From the NCBI GenBank assembly GCA_046484865.1, contig JAWOID010000027.1:1-61101 (forward strand): a stretch of 61,101 bases of DNA, read 5' to 3'. Below, piece after piece: positions 37,263 through 47,056 of the stretch (positions are counted from its first letter, which is position 1; every line of letters begins with the position of its first letter). Under the pieces are notes generated by a model. It had not been told where the DNA came from. It saw only the letters and a program-made list of their open reading frames with translations, and searched no databases. Origin of the DNA: Candidatus Krumholzibacteriia bacterium. GTDB lineage: Bacteria > Krumholzibacteriota > Krumholzibacteriia > LZORAL124-64-63. The translations under genes and the position numbers were made by a program.

Positions 37263-38267
37263 ATGCAACCGACGCCCCTCGTCTCCGCCGTCATGATCTT
37301 CCTGGACGCCCGTGCGTTCCTGGCCGAGGCGATCGAGAGCGTGCTGGCGCAGCAGTACACCAGCTGGGAGCTGTGGCTGGTGGACGACGGCTCGACCGAC
37401 GGCAGCAGCGAGATCGCGCGCCGGTACGCCGCCGGCCACCCGGACTGCATCTTCTACCTCGAGCACCCCGGACACGTCAATCGGGGCATGAGCGCGTCCC
37501 GCAACCTCGGGCTGCGCCATGCCCGCGGCGAGTTCGTCGCGCTGCTGGACGCGGACGACGTGTGGCTGCCGGGCAAGCTGTCCCACCAGGTGGAGGTCCT
37601 CACGGCCCATCCGGAGGTGGGATTCCTCTACGGCAACACGCTCTACTGGCACAGCTGGACCGGCCGCGCGGAGGACGGTGCCCGCGATTTCCTGCCGCGC
37701 CTGTTCTCCCCGGGCCATCCGGAGCTGTCGACGGACCGGGTGATCCGGCCGCCGGCCCTGGTGCTCGGCTTCCTGGAGGGCACGGCCGCGGTTCCGACAT
37801 CCTGTGGCTTGCTGGTGCGGCGCTCGGTCGTCCAGGAGGTGGGCGGCTTCGAGGACGAGTTCCGCGGCATGTACGAGGATCAGGTCTTCTTCTGCAAGCT
37901 GGGCCTGTCCTCGGCGGCCTGGGTCGGTGCCGGCCACGAAGAACGCTACCGGCAGCACCCGCGCTCCAGTTGCTCGGTGGCTGCCGGGACCGGCGAGATC
38001 CATGCGGCCCGGCTCGTCTTCCTCCACTGGCTGGCCGACTATCTGGTCCGCCAGGACATCGACGATGCTCGCCTCAGTGCGGCTCTGCGCCGGAACCTGT
38101 GGGGCTATCGACGCGTGCTCTCGCTGGGGCTGCCCCCCCGGCCGCTGCGGATCGTCCTGCTGGCCCGCAAGTGGCTCCTGCGGCTGGAGAAGACGCTGCT
38201 GCCGTCCCCGCTGCGCCGCCGGCTCTGGCGGAGGCGGATCGCTCGACCCGAACGCTCGCGAGGTTAG
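37263..38267 (+). CDS. Glycosyltransferase family 2
   Basis: 'AIESVLAQ', 'VDDGSTDGS', 'LLDADD', 'YED'. Confidence 0.9.
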   Translation: MQPTPLVSAVMIFLDARAFLAEAIESVLAQQYTSWELWLVDDGSTDGSSEIARRYAAGHPDCIFYLEHPGHVNRGMSASRNLGLRHARGEFVALLDADDVWLPGKLSHQVEVLTAHPEVGFLYGNTLYWHSWTGRAEDGARDFLPRLFSPGHPELSTDRVIRPPALVLGFLEGTAAVPTSCGLLVRRSVVQEVGGFEDEFRGMYEDQVFFCKLGLSSAAWVGAGHEERYRQHPRSSCSVAAGTGEIHAARLVFLHWLADYLVRQDIDDARLSAALRRNLWGYRRVLSLGLPPRPLRIVLLARKWLLRLEKTLLPSPLRRRLWRRRIARPERSRG

Positions 38268-38269
38268 AC

Positions 38270-39010
38270 GTGCAGAACCCGATCAGGCGCGCCGTCCCTC
38301 TCCCGGTCCGGCGCTGGCTCCTGCACCGCACCCGGCGGCCGCCCGTCGGCCGGGTGGATCTGGGCGACCTGCGCCGTCTCGCGCCGATCAGCCGCGCCTG
38401 GGGCGGCGACCGCGGACTGCCCGTCGATCGGTACTACATCGAGCGATTCCTGGCGGCCCACGCCGACGACGTGCGGGGCCGCGTCCTGGAGATCGGCGAC
38501 GACAGCTACACCAGGCGCTTCGGCGGCCCGCGCGTCAGCCGTCGCGATGTCCTGCACACCACGGCCGGAAATCCGCACGCCACGTTCGTCGACGACCTGG
38601 CCTCCGGCGAGACGCTGCCGGCGGCGGCCTTCGACTGCATCATCCTCACGCAGACCCAGCACCTGATCGCGGACCTGAAGGGCCCGCTGGAGACCGTCCG
38701 GCGCATTCTCCGGCCGGGCGGCGTGGTGCTGGCCACGTTGCCGGGTATCAGCCAGATCTGTCGCGACGAGACCGCACCGCGGGGCGACTACTGGCGCTTC
38801 ACCACCCACTCGGCCCGCCACCTGTACGAACAGGTGTTCCCGGCGGGCGACCTGCGGATCGAGTCTCACGGCAACGTCCTGGCGGCGGTGGCCTTCCTGC
38901 ACGGGCTGGCCACCTCCGAACTGTCCGCCGAGGAGCTGGATTGCAACGACCCGGACTACCAGGTGCTCGTCACGGTGCGCGCGGTCAAGCCCGGCGGCGG
39001 CGAATCATGA
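38270..39010 (+). CDS. SAM-dependent methyltransferase (polysaccharide cluster)
   Basis: 3' part of the 1108-aa ORF; 'DRGLPVDRYYIE', 'VLEIGD', 'FDCIILTQ', 'LRPGG', 'DYWRFT'. Confidence 0.8.
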   Translation: MQNPIRRAVPLPVRRWLLHRTRRPPVGRVDLGDLRRLAPISRAWGGDRGLPVDRYYIERFLAAHADDVRGRVLEIGDDSYTRRFGGPRVSRRDVLHTTAGNPHATFVDDLASGETLPAAAFDCIILTQTQHLIADLKGPLETVRRILRPGGVVLATLPGISQICRDETAPRGDYWRFTTHSARHLYEQVFPAGDLRIESHGNVLAAVAFLHGLATSELSAEELDCNDPDYQVLVTVRAVKPGGGES

Positions 39011-40029
39011 TCCACGCCGCGCTGGGCCAGGTCCGCGGGCTCAAGGGCCTGGCGAACGCCTACCGCCGCGTCCGGAGCCGGCTGCTCGGCGGCGGGCTGG
39101 TGCTGCTGTACCACCGGGTGACCGACCGGCCCGCCGACCCGTTCGCCCTGCACGTGACCCCGCAGCGATTCGCCGAGCAGCTGGATGTCCTGCGGCGTAC
39201 CACGACGCCGCTCGGACTCGGGGAGATGCTCGCGCTGGTCCGGGCCGGCGACCTGCCTGCGCGGGCCGTCGCCGTCACCTTCGACGACGGTTACGCCGAC
39301 AACCTCCACCAGGCGGCACCGGCGCTCGAGCGGTACGGGGTGCCGGCCACCGTCTTCGTCGCCACGGGCCCGCTGGACGGCGTCCGCAGCTTCTGGTGGG
39401 ACGAGCTCGATCGCCTGGTGCTGTCGCCGGCTCGCCTGCCCCCCGCCTTGCAACTCGCGGCCGGCGGCGGCACTCTCCGCTGGGGTACGGGGGGGCGTGA
39501 GGCGACCGCCCGGGACCGGCGGCGCCTGCTGCGCCTCCTGCACCGCCGCCTGCGTCCCGCGACCGACGAGGAGCGCCGGAACGTCCTCGAGCAGCTGGTC
39601 CGGTGGGCCGGGGCCGCGCCGCCGCCGAGCGGCGCCGAAGACCGGCCGCTCACGGCCCAGGAGGTGGCCCGGCTGGACAGCAGCCCCCTGGTCAGGGTGG
39701 GTTCGCACTCCGTCTCCCACGGCGTCCTCGGCAAGATCCCGCCCGAGCGCCAGGCGGCCGAGCTGCGCGACAGCAAACGTCGCCTCGAGGAGATCCTGGG
39801 CCGTCCGGTCGACGGTTTCTCGTATCCTTACGGGCTGCCGGGCGACTACACGGCCCGGACCGTCGCGCTCACCCGCGAGGCCGGCTACGCATATGCTTGC
39901 ACCGCCCTGGCCGACCTGCTGCGGGCCGGCGGCGATCCGTACCGGATCCCCCGCGTCTGGGCGCGCGACGAGGAGGGCGACGCGTTCGCCCGCCGGCTGG
40001 CGGCATGGCTGCCGGCGAAGCCACGCTGA
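39007..40029 (+). CDS. Polysaccharide deacetylase (NodB/CE4)
   Basis: 'LLYHRV', 'TFDDGY', 'GSHSVSH', 'FSYPYG'; ATGA overlap. Confidence 0.9.
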   Translation: MIHAALGQVRGLKGLANAYRRVRSRLLGGGLVLLYHRVTDRPADPFALHVTPQRFAEQLDVLRRTTTPLGLGEMLALVRAGDLPARAVAVTFDDGYADNLHQAAPALERYGVPATVFVATGPLDGVRSFWWDELDRLVLSPARLPPALQLAAGGGTLRWGTGGREATARDRRRLLRLLHRRLRPATDEERRNVLEQLVRWAGAAPPPSGAEDRPLTAQEVARLDSSPLVRVGSHSVSHGVLGKIPPERQAAELRDSKRRLEEILGRPVDGFSYPYGLPGDYTARTVALTREAGYAYACTALADLLRAGGDPYRIPRVWARDEEGDAFARRLAAWLPAKPR

Positions 40030-40049
40030 GGAACGGCAGGAGAACCGAG

Positions 40050-40958
40050 ATGGAGAACCAGATCCGCGTGGCGGTGATCGTCCTGACCATGGATCAGCGC
40101 GACCGGACGCGGCGTTGCCTGCAGAGCTTCCAGGCGGTGACGAGCCCTCCCCTGCGCCTCGTTCTCTGGGACAACGGCTCGCGAGACGACACGGCCGCGC
40201 TCGTCCGGCGCGAGTTCCCCGCGGTACGGGTCCAGGAGCACCCCGAGAACCTGGGCGTGGCCGGCGGGCGCAACGCCGCCGCCGCGCTCGCCATCGCGGA
40301 GTTCCAGCCGACGCACCTCTTCTTCATCGACAACGACATGACCGTGACGCCCGGCTTCCTGCACGCGCTGATGCGGCCCTTCGCCGCCGATCCGCGCCTG
40401 GCGCAGACCACGGGCAAGATCAGGATCATGGGCACACGGCGACTGTACGGGGCGGGAGGGTGCGAGGTGAGCTTCTGGCGCGGCCGCACCTCGCACGTGG
40501 GCCACGGCGAGGAGGATCGCGGGCAGCGCGACCGGCCGGGGCCGTGCATCCCCAGCGGCGGCTGCATGTTGGTGCGCACCGACGTCTTCCGGGAACTGGG
40601 CGGCTTCGACGAGCGCTTCAACCCCTACGGCCCGGAGGATCTCGATTTCGGTCTGCGCGTGCGGCGGGCCGGTTACCGCGCCCTCTACGTGCCCGAGGCC
40701 GTGGTCCACCACGAACTCGCACCGAGCCGCACGTTCTCCGGCGGACAGTACTCCGAGCAGTACGTGCGCAACAAGACCCGCCAGTGGTTCCGTTTCATGC
40801 GGGCCCACGCCTCGCCTGCCGAGCGCGCCGGGTTCCTGCTCGTGAGCGCACCCTGGCTGCTGGCGCGCGCCGTCGTGCGCGAGGCCCGCCAGGGGAACCT
40901 CGGCGCCGTCAAGGGCATGTTCGCCGGCGCGGTCGATCTGCTCCGCTCCGGGAAATAG
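40050..40958 (+). CDS. Glycosyltransferase family 2
   Basis: 'WDNGSRD', 'NLGVAGGRN', 'FIDND', 'GGFDERF', 'EDLDF'. Confidence 0.9.
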   Translation: MENQIRVAVIVLTMDQRDRTRRCLQSFQAVTSPPLRLVLWDNGSRDDTAALVRREFPAVRVQEHPENLGVAGGRNAAAALAIAEFQPTHLFFIDNDMTVTPGFLHALMRPFAADPRLAQTTGKIRIMGTRRLYGAGGCEVSFWRGRTSHVGHGEEDRGQRDRPGPCIPSGGCMLVRTDVFRELGGFDERFNPYGPEDLDFGLRVRRAGYRALYVPEAVVHHELAPSRTFSGGQYSEQYVRNKTRQWFRFMRAHASPAERAGFLLVSAPWLLARAVVREARQGNLGAVKGMFAGAVDLLRSGK

Positions 40959-41035
40959 CCGGTGGATTCCCCAACCGTCGCGCCGAGCTGGCGGCACGGG
41001 ACCGTCCGGCCGTGGCACGGCCGCGCCCTCGACGC

Positions 41036-43444
41036 TCACTCCGGCAGCAGCTCCAGACGGTGGCGCTCCGGCCCCGGCAGCAGCGGCGTGGCGCGGCCCT
41101 CTGCCCAGGCGTCGTGGCCCGCCAGGAAGAACGGCGACAGCGGATGGCCGCTCTGTCCGCCGGGCATGTGGAAGAAGCCCGCCTCCTCCCGGCCGGGCGA
41201 GACCACCAGCCGCTCGCTGGCACCGGCTCGCGGCCGCTGCACGCGCGGCATGAACGAGTCGCCGGGCAGCGCCTGCGCCGGCGCCGACAGCCAGCGCGCC
41301 AGCCACGGCGCGGCATGGGTCAGCGGGTGGGCCACGCGCACGGCATTCATCTCCCCCCAGGTGCGTTCGGCGCGGGGCGGGTCGCCGGAGCCGTGCGCGA
41401 CCATCACCTGCTCCACCGCCCGCATCACGAAGTCGTCCCAGTCGCGGCGGCCCGGGGGCACCAGGTGCGGCGGGCGGCGGGTCAGCAACTCCCAGGTGAC
41501 GGCGTGGCGGAACGGCAGCCAGCGGGCGTCGAAGTCGGCGTCCGCAGCGCGGCAGGGGCCGGTGAGGACCTCGTAGACCGCGTCGACGCAAGCGAAGGCG
41601 TAGCTGCGCACGAGACGGTAGGACACCGAGCCGGGCACGGCGCGTCCCTCCCAGCGATCGCGGACGACGCGCAGGAACTCGGCCTGGCGAGGCGACAGCC
41701 CGTCCGCGTGCTGCTCGAGCACCGCGAGCACCAGGTCGCGCCACTCGCCGAGGAAGAGCGCCCGGTCGTCCAGCTGCAAGGCGAGCATGTCGTCCTCGGT
41801 CGGGCGGTCGAGAGCGCGCAGACCGTCGCGGATCTGCCGGGCGCGGGCGCCCAGGCCGTAGCCGCCGTCGCCGACGACCGCCAGGTGCGCACCTGCGGTC
41901 ACCCGGTTGTTGGCCGTCCACAGGCGACCCTCGGCCGGGTCGACGATGCGCGGCTGCTCGTCCGGTGCGAGGTAGCCGTCCCACCGGCAGCGGCCATCGG
42001 CCCAGGACTCGGGCAGTCGTCCGTCCCAGCCCACACGCCGGGGAATGCGGCCGGCGATCGTCCAGGCGATCCGGCCGCTGCGATCGGCGCAGACCAGGTT
42101 CTGGGGCGGAATGCCGGCCCGCGCGGCCCGGGCCACGGCCTCGTCCACGTCCCGGGCCGACTCCAGGTCGAGCAGGGCGAGGTCGACCGCCTCGGTGTCG
42201 TGCGCGGTCCAGCGCAGCGCCAGGCGACGCCCCGCGCCGTCCCGGGTCCACACCGGACCCCACACGGTCTCGGTCACCGTGACGGTGTCCGGCTCGGCGC
42301 CGGCCACCTGGATGACCTCCATCACCTGCTCGAACGGCCTCCAGCCCGCCGGCGTGCGGTAGCGTGTGGTGTCGGCGGAGTCCGTCTCGACGACCACCAG
42401 ATCGACCCAGTCGCCGTAGCTGTTCGTGAATCCCCAGGCCACGTCGCCGTTGCTGCCCGCCACCAGCGCCGGCGTCCCCGGGAGGGTGATCCCGACCACG
42501 GCGCGCCGGCCGCTCCCTTCGGGCCAGCTCATCCGCGCCCGGTACCACACGTTGGGCAGCCCCAGGCCCAGATGCATGTCGTTCGCCAGCAATGCGCCGC
42601 CGTGCGCGGTCAGATGTCCGGCCACCGCCCAGTTGTTGCTGCCGGCCGTGTCGGCGCGGGCCCCCGCGGCATGGTCGTGCCGGGTGAGCCCCTCCAGATC
42701 CCAGCGACGCACGTCCACCGCCGCGGAATCGGGCAGCGCGACGGGCTCCGGCTCGCCCGCAGGATCCGTCTCGAGCGGCGCTTCCCAGCGGTTGGTCGTG
42801 GGCAGGAGGAAGGTGGCCAGCTCCGCGGGGAGGCGATCGCGCACGCAGGCCCAGGACCGCTCGATCTCGGCCGTGACGAGGCTCAGATCCATGAACATGG
42901 CGTGGAGGGCGAGCACCGTATCCTCCGGCTGCCAGGGCGCGGGTTGCCGGCGCAGGACCACGTACTCCCAGGGCCGCACGGTCAGGTCCGCCAGACCGGC
43001 GTTCACGCCCGCGGCGTAGGCCTGCACGACGGCACGCTCGCGGTCCGAAGCGGCGGCCAGCACGGCCGCGGCGCGGCTGCGAAAGCGATGCCGGCGGTGG
43101 TCGCGATCGGTCTCGAGCAGTGCCGGCCCCAGCAACGCCGCCAGCTCGCCGGCGGCCGAGCGACGCTGCAGGTCCATCTGGAAGAACCGGTCCTGGGCGT
43201 GGAGCCAGCCCAGGGCGAGCGCGGCGTCGTCGCGACCCGCGGCCGTCACGTCGGGCACGCCCAGCGAATCACGGGTCACCGTGACGGAAGCGCGCAAGCC
43301 CGCGATGGTGCGGGAACCATCGAGCCGGGGCAGGCTGCCCCGCACGGCGAAGGTCAGGGACAGTGCGGCGACGACCACGAGCGCCATCGGCGCGGCGACG
43401 ACGATCAGCAGGAGACGGCGGCCGGGGCGAGAACGGAGCAGCAC
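41036..43444 (-). CDS. Penicillin acylase family (S45) Ntn hydrolase
   Basis: GAGGAG RBS; 'HAQDRFFQMD.RR'; beta-chain start 'GSNNWAV'; 'LLANDMHL'; 'PGGQSGHP.SP'. Confidence 0.92.
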   Translation of the reverse strand: MLLRSRPGRRLLLIVVAAPMALVVVAALSLTFAVRGSLPRLDGSRTIAGLRASVTVTRDSLGVPDVTAAGRDDAALALGWLHAQDRFFQMDLQRRSAAGELAALLGPALLETDRDHRRHRFRSRAAAVLAAASDRERAVVQAYAAGVNAGLADLTVRPWEYVVLRRQPAPWQPEDTVLALHAMFMDLSLVTAEIERSWACVRDRLPAELATFLLPTTNRWEAPLETDPAGEPEPVALPDSAAVDVRRWDLEGLTRHDHAAGARADTAGSNNWAVAGHLTAHGGALLANDMHLGLGLPNVWYRARMSWPEGSGRRAVVGITLPGTPALVAGSNGDVAWGFTNSYGDWVDLVVVETDSADTTRYRTPAGWRPFEQVMEVIQVAGAEPDTVTVTETVWGPVWTRDGAGRRLALRWTAHDTEAVDLALLDLESARDVDEAVARAARAGIPPQNLVCADRSGRIAWTIAGRIPRRVGWDGRLPESWADGRCRWDGYLAPDEQPRIVDPAEGRLWTANNRVTAGAHLAVVGDGGYGLGARARQIRDGLRALDRPTEDDMLALQLDDRALFLGEWRDLVLAVLEQHADGLSPRQAEFLRVVRDRWEGRAVPGSVSYRLVRSYAFACVDAVYEVLTGPCRAADADFDARWLPFRHAVTWELLTRRPPHLVPPGRRDWDDFVMRAVEQVMVAHGSGDPPRAERTWGEMNAVRVAHPLTHAAPWLARWLSAPAQALPGDSFMPRVQRPRAGASERLVVSPGREEAGFFHMPGGQSGHPLSPFFLAGHDAWAEGRATPLLPGPERHRLELLPE

Positions 43445-43599
43445 GGCAACTCCTCGGCGATGGACGCGGCGCGGGCCAGGCGACCCTACCACGAGTGGAC
43501 TGCGGATGTCCGCCGCCGCTTGATCCGCCGGCCGCCTGCGCCTATGATCGCCTCCTTCCTCCGTCCCCTCCACCGGCAGGACCAGCGAGAGGCGAGATC

Positions 43600-44064
<465 letters not shown>

Positions 44065-44072
44065 GGTCCGCC

Positions 44073-46328
44073 ATGGCGAACGAACGACGTGACCGTCCGG
44101 GGGTCGGCGCCGCACAGGCCGAGGGCACGACGGCGGCCGAGGACGCCGCAGGCGCCGCCGCCGCCGCGCCTGCGACGACCACGAAGGCCCCCTGGCTCGT
44201 CCCGCGGCGCGACTTCCTGAAGATCGTCGGCGGCGGCATCGTCGTGCTCTTCACGGCGGGCGGCTGGCCGATCTCGAGCGCGGAAGCGCAGCGGGGGCGT
44301 CCCTTTCCCAGCGACCCGAACGCCTACCTGCGGATCGGCGAGGACGGCACCGTCACCATCTTCGCGGGCAAGATCGAGATGGGCCAGGGAGTGGTGACCT
44401 CGCTGGCGCAGATGGCCGCGGAGGAACTCCGGGTGCCGCTCGATGCCATCCGCATGGTCATGGGCGACACGGACCTCTGCCCCTGGGACATGGGGACGTT
44501 CGGTTCCCTGACCACCCGGTTCTTCGGACCGCCCCTGCGCGCCGCCGCCGCCGAGGCCCGGGACATCCTGCTCGAACTGGCCGCCGAACGCCTCCAGGTC
44601 GCGCCGGACGAACTGACCGCCGAGGGCGGCGTCGTGTCCGTGGCCGGCGAACCCGCCCGGCAGGTCGCCTACGGGCAGCTCGCGCGGGGCCGGGAGATCG
44701 TGCGCCGGTCGCAGGTCGAGGCTCGGCTCACCCGCGTGGAGGACTTCACGGTGATGGGCCGCGCGACGCTGCGCACCGACGCGCTCGAGAAGGTGACCGG
44801 CAAGGCGCTCTTCACCGGCGACATTCGCCTGCCGGACCTGCTCTACGCGACCATCCTGCGGCCACCGGCGCACGACGCGGTCCTCGAGAGCGTGGACACG
44901 TCGGCCGCCGAGGCCCGCCCCGGCGTGCGCGTGGTCCGCGACGGCGACCTGATCGCCATCCTGCACCCGGATCCCGAGGCGGCCGCCGGCGCCCTGCGGG
45001 ACGTCGTGGCCCGGTGGGACGTCCCGGAACCGCAGGTCGACCAGTCGACGATCTTCGATCATCTGGTCGCGGCCGCACCCCCGGCCCAGGAGCGAGAGCG
45101 GCGCGGCGATCTGGCGGCGGGTGAACGGTCGGCGGAGTGGCTCGTGCAGGAGCGCTACCTGGACGGCTACGTGGCCCACGCGCCGATGGAGACGCACACC
45201 GCGCTGGCCGCTCTGCAGGAGGGGCGCCTCACGGTCTGGGCCTCGACGCAGACGCCCTTCCCGACGCAGGAGCGGATCGCGCGGACCGTGGACCTGCCGG
45301 CCGACAAGGTGCGCGTGATCACTCCCTACGTCGGCGGAGGATTCGGCGGCAAGAGCGCGGGCCGGCAGGCCGACGAGGCGGCGCGGCTGGCGGTGATCAC
45401 CGGCCGGCCGGTGCAGGTCGCCTGGAACCGCGCCGAGGAGTTCTTCTACGACACCTTCCGTCCCGCCGCGGTGGTCGACATCCGGTCGGGTGTCGATGGC
45501 GCCGGGAACATCTGCCTGTGGGACTACACCGTCTATTTCGCCGGCGCCCGCGGCAGCGACCAGTACTACGACGTCCCGAACAACCTGATCAAGGTCCACG
45601 GCGAATGGATGGGCGGCTCGACCGGTGCGCATCCGTTCGCCGTCGGTCCGTGGCGCGCACCCGGCGCGAACACGAACACCTTCGCCCGCGAGTCGCAGAT
45701 CGACGCCATGGCCGTGCGCGCAGCCGTCGACCCGCTGGAGTTCCGCCTGAAGAACACGACCGACGCCCGGATGCTGGGCGTCCTGAACGCCGCTGCCGAG
45801 CGCTTCGGCTGGCAGCCGGGCAGCGGTCCGGGCGGCCGGGGCCGCGGTCCCTCGGACGGCGACCGCAGCCGCGGTCGCGGCGTCGCCTGCGGGATCGACG
45901 CCGGCACCTACGTCGCCACCATGGCCGAGGTCGAGGTGGACCGGACGAGCGGGGAGATCCGCGTGCGGCGCATCGTCTGCGCCCAGGACATGGGCATCGT
46001 CGTGAATCCCGCCGGAGCGACCATCCAGATCGAGGGCTGCCTGACGATGGGCCTGGGCTACGCCTTGACCGAGGAGGTCCGCTTCCAGGGCGGACGCATC
46101 CTCGACCAGAACTTCGACACCTACGAACTGCCTCGCTTCTCGTGGCTCCCGGAGATCGAGACCGTCCTGGTGGAGAACGATGGGCTGGCGCCCCAGGGCG
46201 GCGGCGAACCGGCCATCGTCACGGTCGGGGCGGTCGTCGCCAACGCCGTGTTCGATGCCACCGGCGCGCGGCTGCGGCAGCTGCCGATGACACCGGAACG
46301 AGTGAGGAACGCGCTGGCGAAGGGCTGA
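44073..46328 (+). CDS. Molybdopterin-binding large subunit (isoquinoline 1-oxidoreductase beta-like)
   Basis: Tat-like 'RRDFLK'; 'EMGQG', 'AHAPME', 'GGGFGGK', 'WRAPG', 'GGGEP'. Confidence 0.9.
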   Translation: MANERRDRPGVGAAQAEGTTAAEDAAGAAAAAPATTTKAPWLVPRRDFLKIVGGGIVVLFTAGGWPISSAEAQRGRPFPSDPNAYLRIGEDGTVTIFAGKIEMGQGVVTSLAQMAAEELRVPLDAIRMVMGDTDLCPWDMGTFGSLTTRFFGPPLRAAAAEARDILLELAAERLQVAPDELTAEGGVVSVAGEPARQVAYGQLARGREIVRRSQVEARLTRVEDFTVMGRATLRTDALEKVTGKALFTGDIRLPDLLYATILRPPAHDAVLESVDTSAAEARPGVRVVRDGDLIAILHPDPEAAAGALRDVVARWDVPEPQVDQSTIFDHLVAAAPPAQERERRGDLAAGERSAEWLVQERYLDGYVAHAPMETHTALAALQEGRLTVWASTQTPFPTQERIARTVDLPADKVRVITPYVGGGFGGKSAGRQADEAARLAVITGRPVQVAWNRAEEFFYDTFRPAAVVDIRSGVDGAGNICLWDYTVYFAGARGSDQYYDVPNNLIKVHGEWMGGSTGAHPFAVGPWRAPGANTNTFARESQIDAMAVRAAVDPLEFRLKNTTDARMLGVLNAAAERFGWQPGSGPGGRGRGPSDGDRSRGRGVACGIDAGTYVATMAEVEVDRTSGEIRVRRIVCAQDMGIVVNPAGATIQIEGCLTMGLGYALTEEVRFQGGRILDQNFDTYELPRFSWLPEIETVLVENDGLAPQGGGEPAIVTVGAVVANAVFDATGARLRQLPMTPERVRNALAKG

Positions 46329-46332
46329 GACC

Positions 46333-47016
46333 ATGGGCGAGGACTTCGACGGGCTGGCGGCGGGCTGGGACGACGACCCCGTCCGGGGCGAACGGGCCGC
46401 GCGGGTGGCGGAGAGGATCCGCCAGCAGGTTCCCCTGGACGGCTCGATGCAGGTGCTGGAATTCGGCGCCGGCACGGGGCTGCTGGGCTTCCACCTGCTG
46501 TCCCACGTGGGCCGGCTCACCTTCGCGGACACCTCCCGGTCCATGCTGGACGAGGTGGAACGCAAGCTCGCCGCGGGCGGCATCGACAACGCCGACACCC
46601 TGCACATCGACGAGCAGGGCACCGCGATCGCCGCGGACTACGATGCCATCGTCTCGCTGATGGTCCTGCACCACGTTCGCGACCCCCACGCGATCGTCCA
46701 CCGCCTGGTCGGACGTCTGAAGCCGGGAGGCCACCTGATCGTTTGCGATCTCGATCAGGAGGACGGCAGCTTCCACGGACCCGGCGCCGACGTGCACCGC
46801 GGCTTTCCGCGCGCCGAGATGGCGGCGCTGCTGCGCGCCTGCGGGCTGGTGGACATCGTGTTCTCCACGCCCTACATCATGCGCAAGCAGCCCAGGGCCG
46901 CCGCGCGAGACGCGGACGACCGCCCGCGGGGACGTGAGAACGACCCCGCGGACGGCGCCGGCCTGCGCGAGTATCCGCTGTTCCTGGCCAGTGGCCGCAA
47001 TCCCTGGCCCGCCTGA
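46333..47016 (+). CDS. Class I SAM-dependent methyltransferase
   Basis: 'VLEFGAGTGL', 'DTSRSML', 'MVLHHV', 'LKPGG'. Confidence 0.88.
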   Translation: MGEDFDGLAAGWDDDPVRGERAARVAERIRQQVPLDGSMQVLEFGAGTGLLGFHLLSHVGRLTFADTSRSMLDEVERKLAAGGIDNADTLHIDEQGTAIAADYDAIVSLMVLHHVRDPHAIVHRLVGRLKPGGHLIVCDLDQEDGSFHGPGADVHRGFPRAEMAALLRACGLVDIVFSTPYIMRKQPRAAARDADDRPRGRENDPADGAGLREYPLFLASGRNPWPA

Positions 47017-47056
47017 TTCACGAGCGGGCTGGTGCGGCTGGCCGTGGATCATGCGG

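Noticed and set aside
35684..38269. Apparent 1108-aa protein ending in a methyltransferase
   Set aside because: The first ~860 codons overlap the flippase and GT2 genes in another frame; only 38270-39010 looks coding.
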